Shown here in pieces: positions 30,848-39,783 of a stretch of 64,000 nucleotides of DNA. Within the stretch, counting starts at the first letter, position 1. Every line of letters starts with the position of its first letter. The stretch is from an uncultured Bdellovibrionales bacterium (GTDB lineage: Bacteria > Patescibacteriota > Minisyncoccia > Moranbacterales > UBA2206): assembly GCA_964387895.1 (NCBI GenBank), contig CAYLWX010000004.1:5303-69302 (forward strand), given 5' to 3'. Under the pieces are notes generated by a model. It saw only the letters and a program-made list of their open reading frames with translations. It made no database searches and was not told the origin of the DNA. The position numbers were made by a program, and so were the translations under genes.

Positions 30848-31402
30848 ATGTTAAAATCATCTAAATTCATTCTGGTTATATTTTCAGTAATCGCCATCGT
30901 AATACTCGGATCAGCCTATAAAATACTAAAGCAACAATACAGCGATGGCATAACTCAAAAAGAAACGCCGGCTCTGGATTATCTCAATCTTGATGAAACA
31001 ACAGAAGATGAAACAAAAGATTCCATAGGCGATTCAGGTTTGGAATTGGAAGAAGAATCAGAACCGGAAGCGAAAGAAGATGCAAATATTAACAACGAAC
31101 TTTATCTTACGGTTACAAACAAAGATTGCGCGGAAAAATGCTCCGCGTTTAAAGAAGACGCGGAAAATTTCAAATATTGCCGTAATTTTTGCGGGTTAAA
31201 TCCGATCAATAAAAAAATAACTTCCTGCGATTCCCTGGAAGAACTGGAAAAAGATTATTGCTTTAAAGACTTGGCAATAACTAAAAAAGATTTTACTGCT
31301 TGCGAAAACATTGTGGATTCTGGTATAAAGAAGACATGTAAGAATAGAGTGACGGAAGAAGTATTAAACGGAAATGAAGATACAACTGAAATAATCAACT
31401 AA
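30848..31402 (+). CDS. membrane-anchored Cys-repeat protein
   Basis: N-terminal TM, acidic linker, 8 Cys in C-x-C repeats (CDSLEELEKDYC...CENIVDSGIKKTC). Confidence 0.7.
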   Translation: MLKSSKFILVIFSVIAIVILGSAYKILKQQYSDGITQKETPALDYLNLDETTEDETKDSIGDSGLELEEESEPEAKEDANINNELYLTVTNKDCAEKCSAFKEDAENFKYCRNFCGLNPINKKITSCDSLEELEKDYCFKDLAITKKDFTACENIVDSGIKKTCKNRVTEEVLNGNEDTTEIIN

Positions 31403-31420
31403 ATAATTCTTAATAATACT

Positions 31421-31610
31421 AGGACTTACGCATTTGACTCTCTCTTGTCATTCCCGTGTAGACGGGAATCCAGGAGAATATCACATATTTATCCTATAAT
31501 AATCCAGTTATAGAGCAAAAAGAAGCTAAATCAACCTTTGTTAGGCATATCGTTTTCTTCGATTAATCCTGGATCCCCGCCTACGCGGGGATGACAAATG
31601 CGTAAGTCTT
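31421..31610. repeat. family A REP-doublet/MITE-like element, copy 2
   Basis: Perfect outer IR GACTTACGCATTTG/CAAATGCGTAAGTC enclosing two GTCAT(T/C)CC..GG(G)A(A/T) palindromes and the family spacer. Confidence 0.9.
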
Positions 31611-31622
31611 AAATACGTTAAT

Positions 31623-32621
31623 ATGAGAATTCTCGTTACTGGAGGAGCCGGATTCATTGGCTCGCATCTATGCCGCAGATTATTACACGAAGGACACGAC
31701 GTGTTATGCGTGGATAATTTTTTCACCGGAAGCAAAGATAATGTGCTGGATCTCATGGATCATAAAAAATTTGAACTGATGCGGCATGACATCACACTGC
31801 CGCTCTTCGTGGAGGTAGACCAGATATATAATCTCGCCTGTCCCGCGTCTCCTGTGCATTACCAGTTTAATCCCATAAAGACTACCAAGACTTCCATTTA
31901 CGGGGCGTTAAACACTTTGGGATTAGCCAAAAGAGTGAGGGCTACCATATTGCAAGCGTCTACTTCTGAAGTATACGGCGATCCGGAAGTACATCCCCAA
32001 CCAGAATCATATTGGGGAAAAGTAAACCCGATCGGCATACGCTCATGCTATGACGAAGGAAAGAGATGCGCGGAAGCTCTTTTCTTTGATTACTGGCGGC
32101 AACATCAACTACCTGTTCGCGTTGTACGTATATTTAATACCTACGGTCCCAATATGCATCCGCGCGACGGAAGAGTGGTTTCTAATTTTATCGTGCAGGC
32201 GCTTGAAAATAAGGATATTACTATCTACGGAGACGGTTCGCAAACCAGGAGCTTCCAGTACGTAGACGATCTAGTGGAAGGCATGATTCGCATGATGAAT
32301 AATCCCCAGGGGTTCATCGGACCGATAAATTTAGGAAATCCGGGGGAATTTACCATAAAAGAACTGGCAGAAAAAGTATTGCAATTAATTCCAGAAAGCA
32401 AAAGCAACATTATCTACAAGGAGCTGCCGCAAGACGACCCCAAACAAAGACAGCCAGTTATTGACTTAGCCAGGAAAGAATTAAACTGGGAACCAAAAAT
32501 ACACCTGGAAGAAGGACTTGGAAAAACGATTGAATATTTCAGAAAAACACTCTACACTTCTTCCGCGTCCGCTCTCCCGTATGCATATTCTTCCCCTCCT
32601 GTTTCTCTCAGTAAAAACTGA
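31623..32621 (+). CDS. uxs: UDP-glucuronate decarboxylase (UDP-xylose synthase)
   Basis: [44 protein letters not shown]. Confidence 0.95.
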   Translation: MRILVTGGAGFIGSHLCRRLLHEGHDVLCVDNFFTGSKDNVLDLMDHKKFELMRHDITLPLFVEVDQIYNLACPASPVHYQFNPIKTTKTSIYGALNTLGLAKRVRATILQASTSEVYGDPEVHPQPESYWGKVNPIGIRSCYDEGKRCAEALFFDYWRQHQLPVRVVRIFNTYGPNMHPRDGRVVSNFIVQALENKDITIYGDGSQTRSFQYVDDLVEGMIRMMNNPQGFIGPINLGNPGEFTIKELAEKVLQLIPESKSNIIYKELPQDDPKQRQPVIDLARKELNWEPKIHLEEGLGKTIEYFRKTLYTSSASALPYAYSSPPVSLSKN

Positions 32622-33790
32622 ATATAATCCTTTGAATCATTGTTTCTCTGGACTGTATGATATTGCAAAGAATCCTCTTTTGCTTTTTTTCCTATTTTCT
32701 CCCTTAAGTCAGCATCACCTATAAGCAAGGTAAGGTACTGGTACCATTCCTCGGCATTTCCGGCTAAAAAACCGTTTTTCTGGTGATCCACAGTTCGGAT
32801 AAAAGAATCAGTCGCGGCGGCAATAGTCGGCACCTCCAGAATGCCTGCTTCAAAAAATTTAAGCGCTGATTTAGCCTGGCAAAAGGGATTGTCAATCTCC
32901 AACGGAACAATATTGATGTCACAGCGCAAGATTAATTCAGGTAGCTTCGGAAGCGAGACGAAAGAATGGTATTCCACCTGATCTTTCACTTCGTCAAATA
33001 TTTTACTGAGCTTCAAGTGCCCCACTATCATCAATACCGTGTTTTTATTTTCTTTCAATATCCGGAGTACTACGCTGGAAACCGTTTCAAAGTCATTGTC
33101 ATGGCTCTTGGATCCGGAAAAATAACCAATTCTTATTTTTCCGTCACTGGGACGCAGAAAATCCTTTTGAGCCAGCGCCCTGCGCGCGTCTTCCTGTTGC
33201 CGGACGCCCAGTTTATTTCTGGAAATAAAAATATGTTTCGCGGGATATTTTTTTCTGATCGCCTCAGCTAAATAATGAGTGGAAACAACACAATGAGCTA
33301 CCGATGAATCTTCCAGTAATTCCCGTCCGATACCGTTATCATACCAGCTTTGCTCTTCCCTCCCCATAAACTGGTAGTAATGCATAAAGGGAATATATGC
33401 CGGATCAAAAACTAAATCGTCAGTTTCAAATAAAATAGTTTTCTTTTGCTTTTTTAATTCTGCTATCACATTGCGTACATGCTCATCACATATCGCTCTT
33501 TGGAATATAATGATAGTAAACTTTTTCACGATCCAAAGAAGACTTAAGTTTCCCTGGGAAATCACTTTTGCTCGTATGCCATATTGGGCCAGATCCTCTG
33601 CTTGATTATAACAGCGATATGCGCGCGATCCTCCGGGGCACCCGGAAATATAGAGCACGTCTCCTGATCCGAAGAAAATAATAACCGACAGTTCCCTGGC
33701 ATACCAAAAAATACGCTTTACCAGGCTTATTATTCCCCTCTCCCTATACACCCTGGCTGACATTTTCAAAAGATGGGTTATTTTTTTCAT
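32552..33790 (-). CDS. GT4-family glycosyltransferase
   Basis: FETDDL, IGYFSGS.SHD.D, PLE.DNPF..AKS.LKFFEAG. Confidence 0.88.
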   Translation of the reverse strand: MKKITHLLKMSARVYRERGIISLVKRIFWYARELSVIIFFGSGDVLYISGCPGGSRAYRCYNQAEDLAQYGIRAKVISQGNLSLLWIVKKFTIIIFQRAICDEHVRNVIAELKKQKKTILFETDDLVFDPAYIPFMHYYQFMGREEQSWYDNGIGRELLEDSSVAHCVVSTHYLAEAIRKKYPAKHIFISRNKLGVRQQEDARRALAQKDFLRPSDGKIRIGYFSGSKSHDNDFETVSSVVLRILKENKNTVLMIVGHLKLSKIFDEVKDQVEYHSFVSLPKLPELILRCDINIVPLEIDNPFCQAKSALKFFEAGILEVPTIAAATDSFIRTVDHQKNGFLAGNAEEWYQYLTLLIGDADLREKIGKKAKEDSLQYHTVQRNNDSKDYIQFLLRETGGEEYAYGRADAEEV

Positions 33791-34536
33791 GCCTGGTATT
33801 TCTTTAGAATTGCTTTATATTTTTCCACAGCCGAAGCGGTAGGTTCCAGAGTGACTACTTTTCCGTCGTTCAATACCAGCGTTCGCTCGCAAAACTTTTT
33901 CATATTATCCGTATCGTGAGAAACAAACAGCACGGTTTTCCTACCCTTGATGGTATCGAAATAATCATAGCATTTTTTTTGAAAGTTTCCGTCCCCGACC
34001 GCCAGCACTTCATCCATAAGCAGGATATCCCTGTTCGCGTGGATCGCCACGGAAAAAGCTAGCCTCACTTGCATTCCGGAAGAGTAGTTTTTCACTTTCT
34101 GGTCAATAAAACGTTCCAATTCCGAAAACGCCACAATGTCCTGAAATTTCTCTCTGATCTGTTTTTTTGAGAGTCCCAGGATAGTCGCGTTAAGATACAC
34201 GTTATCTTTTCCGGAAAGTTCTCCATTAAATCCGATCCCCAACTCCAGAAAAGGAGAGATCTGTCCGTGTATTTTTACATTTCCTTTATCAGGCTGATAA
34301 ATTCCGGCTAAAATTTTAAGCAAGGTGGATTTTCCCGACCCGTTTCTCCCGATGATGCCAAAAAATTCTCCCCGCTTCACTTCAAATGAAACGCTTTCTA
34401 AAGCCTTGAATTCTTCAAAAGTCTTGCGGGTAAGTAAATTTACAAAAGCCCCCCTCATGGTACTGATTTTTTCATGAGGGAGACGAAAAGTTTTGGAAAG
34501 ATTTTGAACCTGGATAGCAACAGGCAGGGTTTGCAT
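33787..34536 (-). CDS. wzt: polysaccharide ABC transporter ATP-binding protein (Wzt/TagH)
   Basis: GRNGSGKST, LELGIGF, YSSGMQVRLAFS, DEVLAVGD, SH. Confidence 0.92.
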   Translation of the reverse strand: MQTLPVAIQVQNLSKTFRLPHEKISTMRGAFVNLLTRKTFEEFKALESVSFEVKRGEFFGIIGRNGSGKSTLLKILAGIYQPDKGNVKIHGQISPFLELGIGFNGELSGKDNVYLNATILGLSKKQIREKFQDIVAFSELERFIDQKVKNYSSGMQVRLAFSVAIHANRDILLMDEVLAVGDGNFQKKCYDYFDTIKGRKTVLFVSHDTDNMKKFCERTLVLNDGKVVTLEPTASAVEKYKAILKKYQA

Positions 34537-34690
34537 ACGCCAAACAAATGCCTTTCCAAAGAAAGACGTCGATATAAATTATTATTCTTATTGTAACATA
34601 TTGAAATCTTTGTACAAACCCGGCAGAGACGCATTAACATACGCCTCCGCTAAATCTAAAAGTCCGCGCGGGAACACAAATTATGTATTC

Positions 34691-35119
34691 CTACAGCTCT
34701 TTAATCAACCCCTTCTTTATCAAGGCATCATGAAGATCATCTGCCAGGAGGCGATCATGAAACTCATCTAAAGTATAATTGTCTTCCATGTGCTTTGCTA
34801 CTTTCACCGCGTGAACTACTCCTTTATGCATTGCCAGTTGGACCAGCTTTTCGATTTTTGCTTCCGCTCCCTGATGCGCGCTGGCAGACTCTGCGTCTGT
34901 AGCCACCGCGTTGCTTTGCTGAGGAACAGGCTGGGTCTGTACTTTAGACAAAATTTTGGCATACGATTCTTCTTTCTCCACTGCTCCTTCTTTTCTTTCC
35001 TGTTTTTGTTCCAGGACAAACTCGCTTCCTGGCTCAGGTTTTGTCTCTAACGTTGTTTCTTTGATAAATTTACCCTTTAGATCTAAATCTTTTTCTTCTA
35101 TGGGTTCCAGATTTGACAT
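34691..35119 (-). CDS. conserved hypothetical protein (CPR-type)
   Basis: C-terminal LVQLAMHKGVVHAVKVA...YTLDEFHD.L; likely ATG start at 35119. Confidence 0.7.
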   Translation of the reverse strand: MSNLEPIEEKDLDLKGKFIKETTLETKPEPGSEFVLEQKQERKEGAVEKEESYAKILSKVQTQPVPQQSNAVATDAESASAHQGAEAKIEKLVQLAMHKGVVHAVKVAKHMEDNYTLDEFHDRLLADDLHDALIKKGLIKEL

Positions 35120-35127
35120 AACATTTG

Positions 35128-35605
35128 TCAGAACCACAGATTAACACTGATTGCACTGATTCCACAGATTTATTTTATGTATCTTCTAACCTGTAGACTT
35201 TTTGCACCAAAGTTAATCAGTAATCCTATTTTTACCTTATACGCTTCTATGTAGTTTATGAGTTGAGCAATATTTACTTCTTCCAGCCTGGTAAGTGCTT
35301 TCAATTCTACCATAATATCATTATCCACCAAAAAATCCACTCTCCTCGCTCCAATCACTATGCCTTCATAGGTTATATCCATTTCTTTTTCTCTAGCAAA
35401 ATAAAGCTCTTCTTCTTTAAATTCAATCTCCAGCGCTCTTTGATATATAACTTCTTGAAATCCATTACCTAAAATCCTGTGTACTTTTTGAGCGCATTTT
35501 ATAATTCTCCCGGTAATGTCTGACTTATAATATTTTTTATCCGGATTATCTTCCATAAATAATCAGTGAAATCACGTGTAATCATGTGCGAATCTGTGGT
35601 TCTGA
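35128..35605 (-). mobile_element. inverted-repeat-bounded GxxExxY cassette
   Basis: Perfect 15-bp IR TCAGAACCACAGATT (35128-35142)/AATCTGTGGTTCTGA (35591-35605), plus 9-11-nt CAC..GATT sub-repeats on both sides of the ORF. Confidence 0.7.
35170..35556 (-). CDS. GxxExxY protein (PD-(D/E)xK nuclease fold)
   Basis: VHRILGNGFQEVIYQRAL, RVDFLV..VELKA, Q..NY, GLLINFG. Confidence 0.93.
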   Translation of the reverse strand: MEDNPDKKYYKSDITGRIIKCAQKVHRILGNGFQEVIYQRALEIEFKEEELYFAREKEMDITYEGIVIGARRVDFLVDNDIMVELKALTRLEEVNIAQLINYIEAYKVKIGLLINFGAKSLQVRRYIK

Positions 35606-35929
35606 AAGATACACTTTTTCAAACTCCTCCATCGCCTCTTTAATCACTTCCTGCAAATTTTCCACATTTTCTTCCATAAACTTCATGGTTTTTTCCGGAG
35701 TCGAGTTGCTTTCTATAAGCTTATCAAATTCCTTGTATTTATCCGGTTTCATCTTTTGTATAACAGAGAGTGTCATGAAATGGTCAAAACGTCCGTATAA
35801 ATCCATAATCATGTCTGAGAGAATATTAGCCGGCATGCCGCCCATTCCTTTTTTTTCCAAAAGCAATTCAAGATACGTCAATACCTCTTTGTCCGCCTTC
35901 TCAAAATCTATAGTTGGTTTTTTAGGCAT
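35582..35929 (-). CDS. DUF5663-like small helical protein
   Basis: 115 aa acidic helical protein (EFDKLIE...FMEENVENLQEVIKEAMEEF) resembling the CPR family; assigned by eye. Confidence 0.6.
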   Translation of the reverse strand: MPKKPTIDFEKADKEVLTYLELLLEKKGMGGMPANILSDMIMDLYGRFDHFMTLSVIQKMKPDKYKEFDKLIESNSTPEKTMKFMEENVENLQEVIKEAMEEFEKVYLSEPQIRT

Positions 35930-35957
35930 ATAGTTGTCTTAATAAATTTACCACGCG

Positions 35958-38900
35958 TTACTTTTTCGCTTTTTTAACCTCCCTCCTATTTCTTCTGGCT
36001 TCATTTCTTTTCTCTTTTCTTTGTTGCACTAGTTCCTTGTACCCACTCAATCCCTGGCGCAAACAGAAGATAAATTCAGGGAAGCTCATTTCAGCCGCTT
36101 CCTTGTCTCCCTTTTCAACCGCAAGCTTCTTGAACCTATTGTGCGCTTTTACTATCTTGTTTCTTTCCGAATTACTCACTTGACCGTTTGCTTGTTCTTT
36201 CTCTTTTAATTCTTCCATCTTATTAAGCATTGTCCTAAAAGACCGGTCGCCTAAAATTCTTTCAAGATTTTCAGAATCAAGAAAAAGAGACTTATGGTTC
36301 TCGAATATTGTATTCGCCTGCATTCCGCTCATTGAGAATTCTCCTGATCTATCAGGATTATTTATTTTTTTTGGCTCATCATTTTCTTTTTCTAGGTTTA
36401 TTTCTTGAGCAGGAAGCTCGTTCTTTTTTCTCCTTATACTTTCTCTGATCCTCCCGATTCTTCCCTTAATTTTCCCCTGTTTCTCTTCATTGGCTTTCTC
36501 TTTTTCTTCTCCTGGCGTCATTCTTTCACCCTCTCTATTTATAGAAATCAATTCTCCCGGAGGTGTTTCCTCTGATTCTCTTTTTCTTCGATCATTTTTT
36601 CCTAAAGGATATTCCAAGGGCCACCTGGATGCTCCGCTAAAAGCAGCCGCCACAGGAGTATTGTCATATTCCTTCAGTTTTTTATTGGTGGTGAATGACC
36701 ATGTGTCTGTTTTCCCCTCTGAAACCACTGCCGTATCCATTTCCGGCTTCCCTCCCAGAGTCGCCGCGATTTGCCGCATCACTCGGGCATCGCCTCTTGT
36801 TTCATCTGTCACCAATACTAATTGATGCAAACCAGGATGATTTCCCGGTCCTTGCAGCAAATTTCCCTGGGAATCAAATCCAAAAAATATTTTGGCTATC
36901 TCTTTTGGCACCCTCACTTTTCCATCCGCACCCATGGGAAGCATTATAGGCTTAAATTGAGTGCCATCTCCGCCGTTAATTTCATTGTCAAGCGCTAAAT
37001 TAAGATAAATATTTTCTCCTCTTCCAAGAAGATCCTGCAAATCCACGCCTGATTCATCCATTGACTTTTTTAACATCTTTCCAAACATCTTCGAAGCGTC
37101 GACAATCACTTCTCCCTTGTTATCTCCAGGTTTATACTCCATCATCAACTCAGTAAGATTAGCATTGAGCTGTTTGTTATGGATAAGGTTTTGAAAAAAT
37201 TCAGGAATAGCTCTTATACCTTTTTTAGGAGCTGTTCCCTGGTAAAATGGATCGCCGTATACTACTTTTTGTCCAGTGTAGTTTGGATCCAGTGTTTTCG
37301 CGAAATCATCCCAATTATTGAACCGCTGGACATGGCTTGTATCCGGAATCTCATGGACTAATTGACCCCCATCCAGCCTCCATCCCTCAGGCAAATGCTG
37401 CCGGGTTTTTACATAATCCAATGATCCTTCATTATTTACAAACAGCTTAAACTGCTCGTTCTCGGGAGTGAAAAACGTATGCGTTCCGGGACTCAGTTTT
37501 TTCCCTCCAAAGACAAACTCTGAAACAGTGGCTTCTGATTTTAAGTTTCCAGTTCCCCAATATTCCCTCCACTTGTCTGCTATAGAATCCCATGCCGTAT
37601 ACGAGCCTCCCCATTCCAGTCCCTCTCGAATCCGATTCACTGCCCATTGTCCCGTGACAGCTCCCGCGCACCCGCCGACCAGCGCCAGTCCTCCCACCGC
37701 CAGCGCGCTCTTTCTCTGGTGGCTTTCAAACTTTTTGTCAACTTTGTTTATATGATTTTCTACCTCCAAATACCTGCTATCAAAAAGAGTTTTAAATTCA
37801 GCATTAGAGGAAAGGCGATGATCATCTCCTTCCAAAAGATTGTTATCATGAAGATACCGGTAAAGCGCGATTTTCAAATCGGTTTTCGACATCAGCGTGG
37901 TTTGATATTTTTCCCCTTCCTCCTCTTCTACTTTAATGAGATCAACTGTTTTATTTTCTCCGCCTGAAATACGGTATTGTTTGTCTCGATGCAGTTCTTC
38001 TTTGAAGAGCGCCAGCATATTCGCCAATCGTTCTTTTTGTTTTTGTGTCAAGCTGTCGTACGCTCCAGCCGCCCTGATTTCTTCTAATTCTGCCTGCAAC
38101 TCGGCAGTAGTTTTCATGACATCGCCATACTCGTATTGATCCATATTCGTTCTCCGAAAGTTGTCAAACTTCTTGCCTAAAAGTTTTTCCCTCTGGTGCA
38201 TCGCCCGGTCTTTTTTTACTTCCACACTCCTCCTTCTCCACGCGTACAGTCCCGCCATCGCTCCCGCGGAAATGACTGGAATCCACGCGCCTGAAGCCAG
38301 CCCTAACCCGCCTATTGCCGCCGCGGTGGTTGCCCTGCCTGCCAATTTCACCCCTACATTTCCAATCAATCCTCCCGCAAAAGCCCAACTTCCCGGGTTA
38401 GAAGCAATTCTTCCTAAAATGGGAAATCTCTGCATTGCCGCTATCCAGCCTTCTGTACGTCTAAACGCATCTGCCGCCGGACGTTTGTTGTGAATGTCTG
38501 ATAATTTAGCGCCTAAACTGATATCCAGATTAATCATTGATCTGACATGCTCCTTTAAAAGTGTCTTTTGTTCGGGAGTAAGATTATTCTCCGCCCCCAT
38601 TTCTCTCAGCTTGGCATCTATGTGAACCTTATAATCCTCCGCGATTTGAAAAAGATTTGTCGCGTACATGAGACCCTGATCCACTTCCTGTGTCTTGCGG
38701 CCGCTTGTTCTTAAAAAGTCAGCATTTTTGATGAGTCCCTGTTCTTTTAACTCATTAATCATATTCCGCTGTTCCGTTTCAAATCGCTTCCTGTCCCATC
38801 CATTGATATAGTACCGGCTAAGCAGGTCCTGGAAAGCGGCATTTACCCGCGGATCGCTTATTTCATTCCCCCGTTCTTCCTGCTCTATTGCGTTATTTTG

Positions 38901-39770
38901 ATATTCTTTAATTACTCTTTCCAGAATTTCATAATTTAATTCCCGTTTTCTATCCGGATCATTGGTATGAGCCGGCTTTTTTATTCTGTATCCGGCTTGC
39001 AATTCCAGAAGCAAGTTTTGATTACTTTCAATTTCCTGGATGGCTTCTCGGTAAAATTTATAAAGATACGCGTCTTCCGCGGCGCGCAGCCATGTTCTCT
39101 TTCCTGTTGTCACGGGATGACGGAAAAATCCCCATATATTATTCAGCACCGACTTAATACGACCCCCCGAAGCCATGCCTTCTTCTGAAGCATAAAGTAA
39201 TTCCCGTATTTTCTGTTCCGCCTTTTGAAACGCGTAACTCTTTACGATTTCATCCACGGAAATCACTTTAAGATCGATATTCCTTTCTGGATCATCCACA
39301 GCCAAGTGAAGACCATCGCGGTCGCCCTGTCCTGCTTTAGTTCCTAATTCCGTTCTCTTTTTTCGCTCTTCCTCTTCAAGCGCTCTTGCTTGTTCTTCAG
39401 TCAATGGCGGAGGCGCCGGAACTGGTGCATGCTCAACTTCTGCCGCTCTTCTTTCTTCCTCCGCAATATCTACCACCATTTCAGGAATAACTTTTTCAGG
39501 TTCCTTCCTTACTTCGAGCGGCTTTGGTTGTTCATCTGGAGGCGATTCAATAGAATCCGGAGGAGCTGGAGAAATCGGAGGAGTAGCGGGCTCTTCTTCT
39601 ATTGCTTCATGATTATTTGACGTGTCAACTACTACAAGTTTTAACCCTGGCGGCCGGTCTGCCGTTTTTAATAAAGCGCCTTTTTTCTTTTCCTCTATCT
39701 TTTTTTTGAATTCTTCCCGCTGAGTTTGTCTTAATCTTTCGCCAATTTGATGAGGGCTTTCACGTTCCAT
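35958..39770 (-). CDS. large hypothetical protein (1270 aa) with Gly/Ala-rich hydrophobic segments
   Basis: Long ORF; Pro/Glu-rich N-terminus, helical region, two Gly/Ala hydrophobic stretches, beta-rich region, charged C-tail; no signal peptide. Confidence 0.85.
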   Translation of the reverse strand: MERESPHQIGERLRQTQREEFKKKIEEKKKGALLKTADRPPGLKLVVVDTSNNHEAIEEEPATPPISPAPPDSIESPPDEQPKPLEVRKEPEKVIPEMVVDIAEEERRAAEVEHAPVPAPPPLTEEQARALEEEERKKRTELGTKAGQGDRDGLHLAVDDPERNIDLKVISVDEIVKSYAFQKAEQKIRELLYASEEGMASGGRIKSVLNNIWGFFRHPVTTGKRTWLRAAEDAYLYKFYREAIQEIESNQNLLLELQAGYRIKKPAHTNDPDRKRELNYEILERVIKEYQNNAIEQEERGNEISDPRVNAAFQDLLSRYYINGWDRKRFETEQRNMINELKEQGLIKNADFLRTSGRKTQEVDQGLMYATNLFQIAEDYKVHIDAKLREMGAENNLTPEQKTLLKEHVRSMINLDISLGAKLSDIHNKRPAADAFRRTEGWIAAMQRFPILGRIASNPGSWAFAGGLIGNVGVKLAGRATTAAAIGGLGLASGAWIPVISAGAMAGLYAWRRRSVEVKKDRAMHQREKLLGKKFDNFRRTNMDQYEYGDVMKTTAELQAELEEIRAAGAYDSLTQKQKERLANMLALFKEELHRDKQYRISGGENKTVDLIKVEEEEGEKYQTTLMSKTDLKIALYRYLHDNNLLEGDDHRLSSNAEFKTLFDSRYLEVENHINKVDKKFESHQRKSALAVGGLALVGGCAGAVTGQWAVNRIREGLEWGGSYTAWDSIADKWREYWGTGNLKSEATVSEFVFGGKKLSPGTHTFFTPENEQFKLFVNNEGSLDYVKTRQHLPEGWRLDGGQLVHEIPDTSHVQRFNNWDDFAKTLDPNYTGQKVVYGDPFYQGTAPKKGIRAIPEFFQNLIHNKQLNANLTELMMEYKPGDNKGEVIVDASKMFGKMLKKSMDESGVDLQDLLGRGENIYLNLALDNEINGGDGTQFKPIMLPMGADGKVRVPKEIAKIFFGFDSQGNLLQGPGNHPGLHQLVLVTDETRGDARVMRQIAATLGGKPEMDTAVVSEGKTDTWSFTTNKKLKEYDNTPVAAAFSGASRWPLEYPLGKNDRRKRESEETPPGELISINREGERMTPGEEKEKANEEKQGKIKGRIGRIRESIRRKKNELPAQEINLEKENDEPKKINNPDRSGEFSMSGMQANTIFENHKSLFLDSENLERILGDRSFRTMLNKMEELKEKEQANGQVSNSERNKIVKAHNRFKKLAVEKGDKEAAEMSFPEFIFCLRQGLSGYKELVQQRKEKRNEARRNRREVKKAKK

Positions 39771-39783
39771 ATTTTTAATTAAG

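Noticed and set aside
34537-34690. Possible ncRNA or riboswitch upstream of wzt
   Set aside because: No convincing stem pattern or known motif seen by eye.
35586-35933. 115-aa antisense ORF mirroring the DUF5663-like gene
   Set aside because: Ser/Phe/Ile-rich shadow of a Glu/Lys-rich gene; no independent signals.
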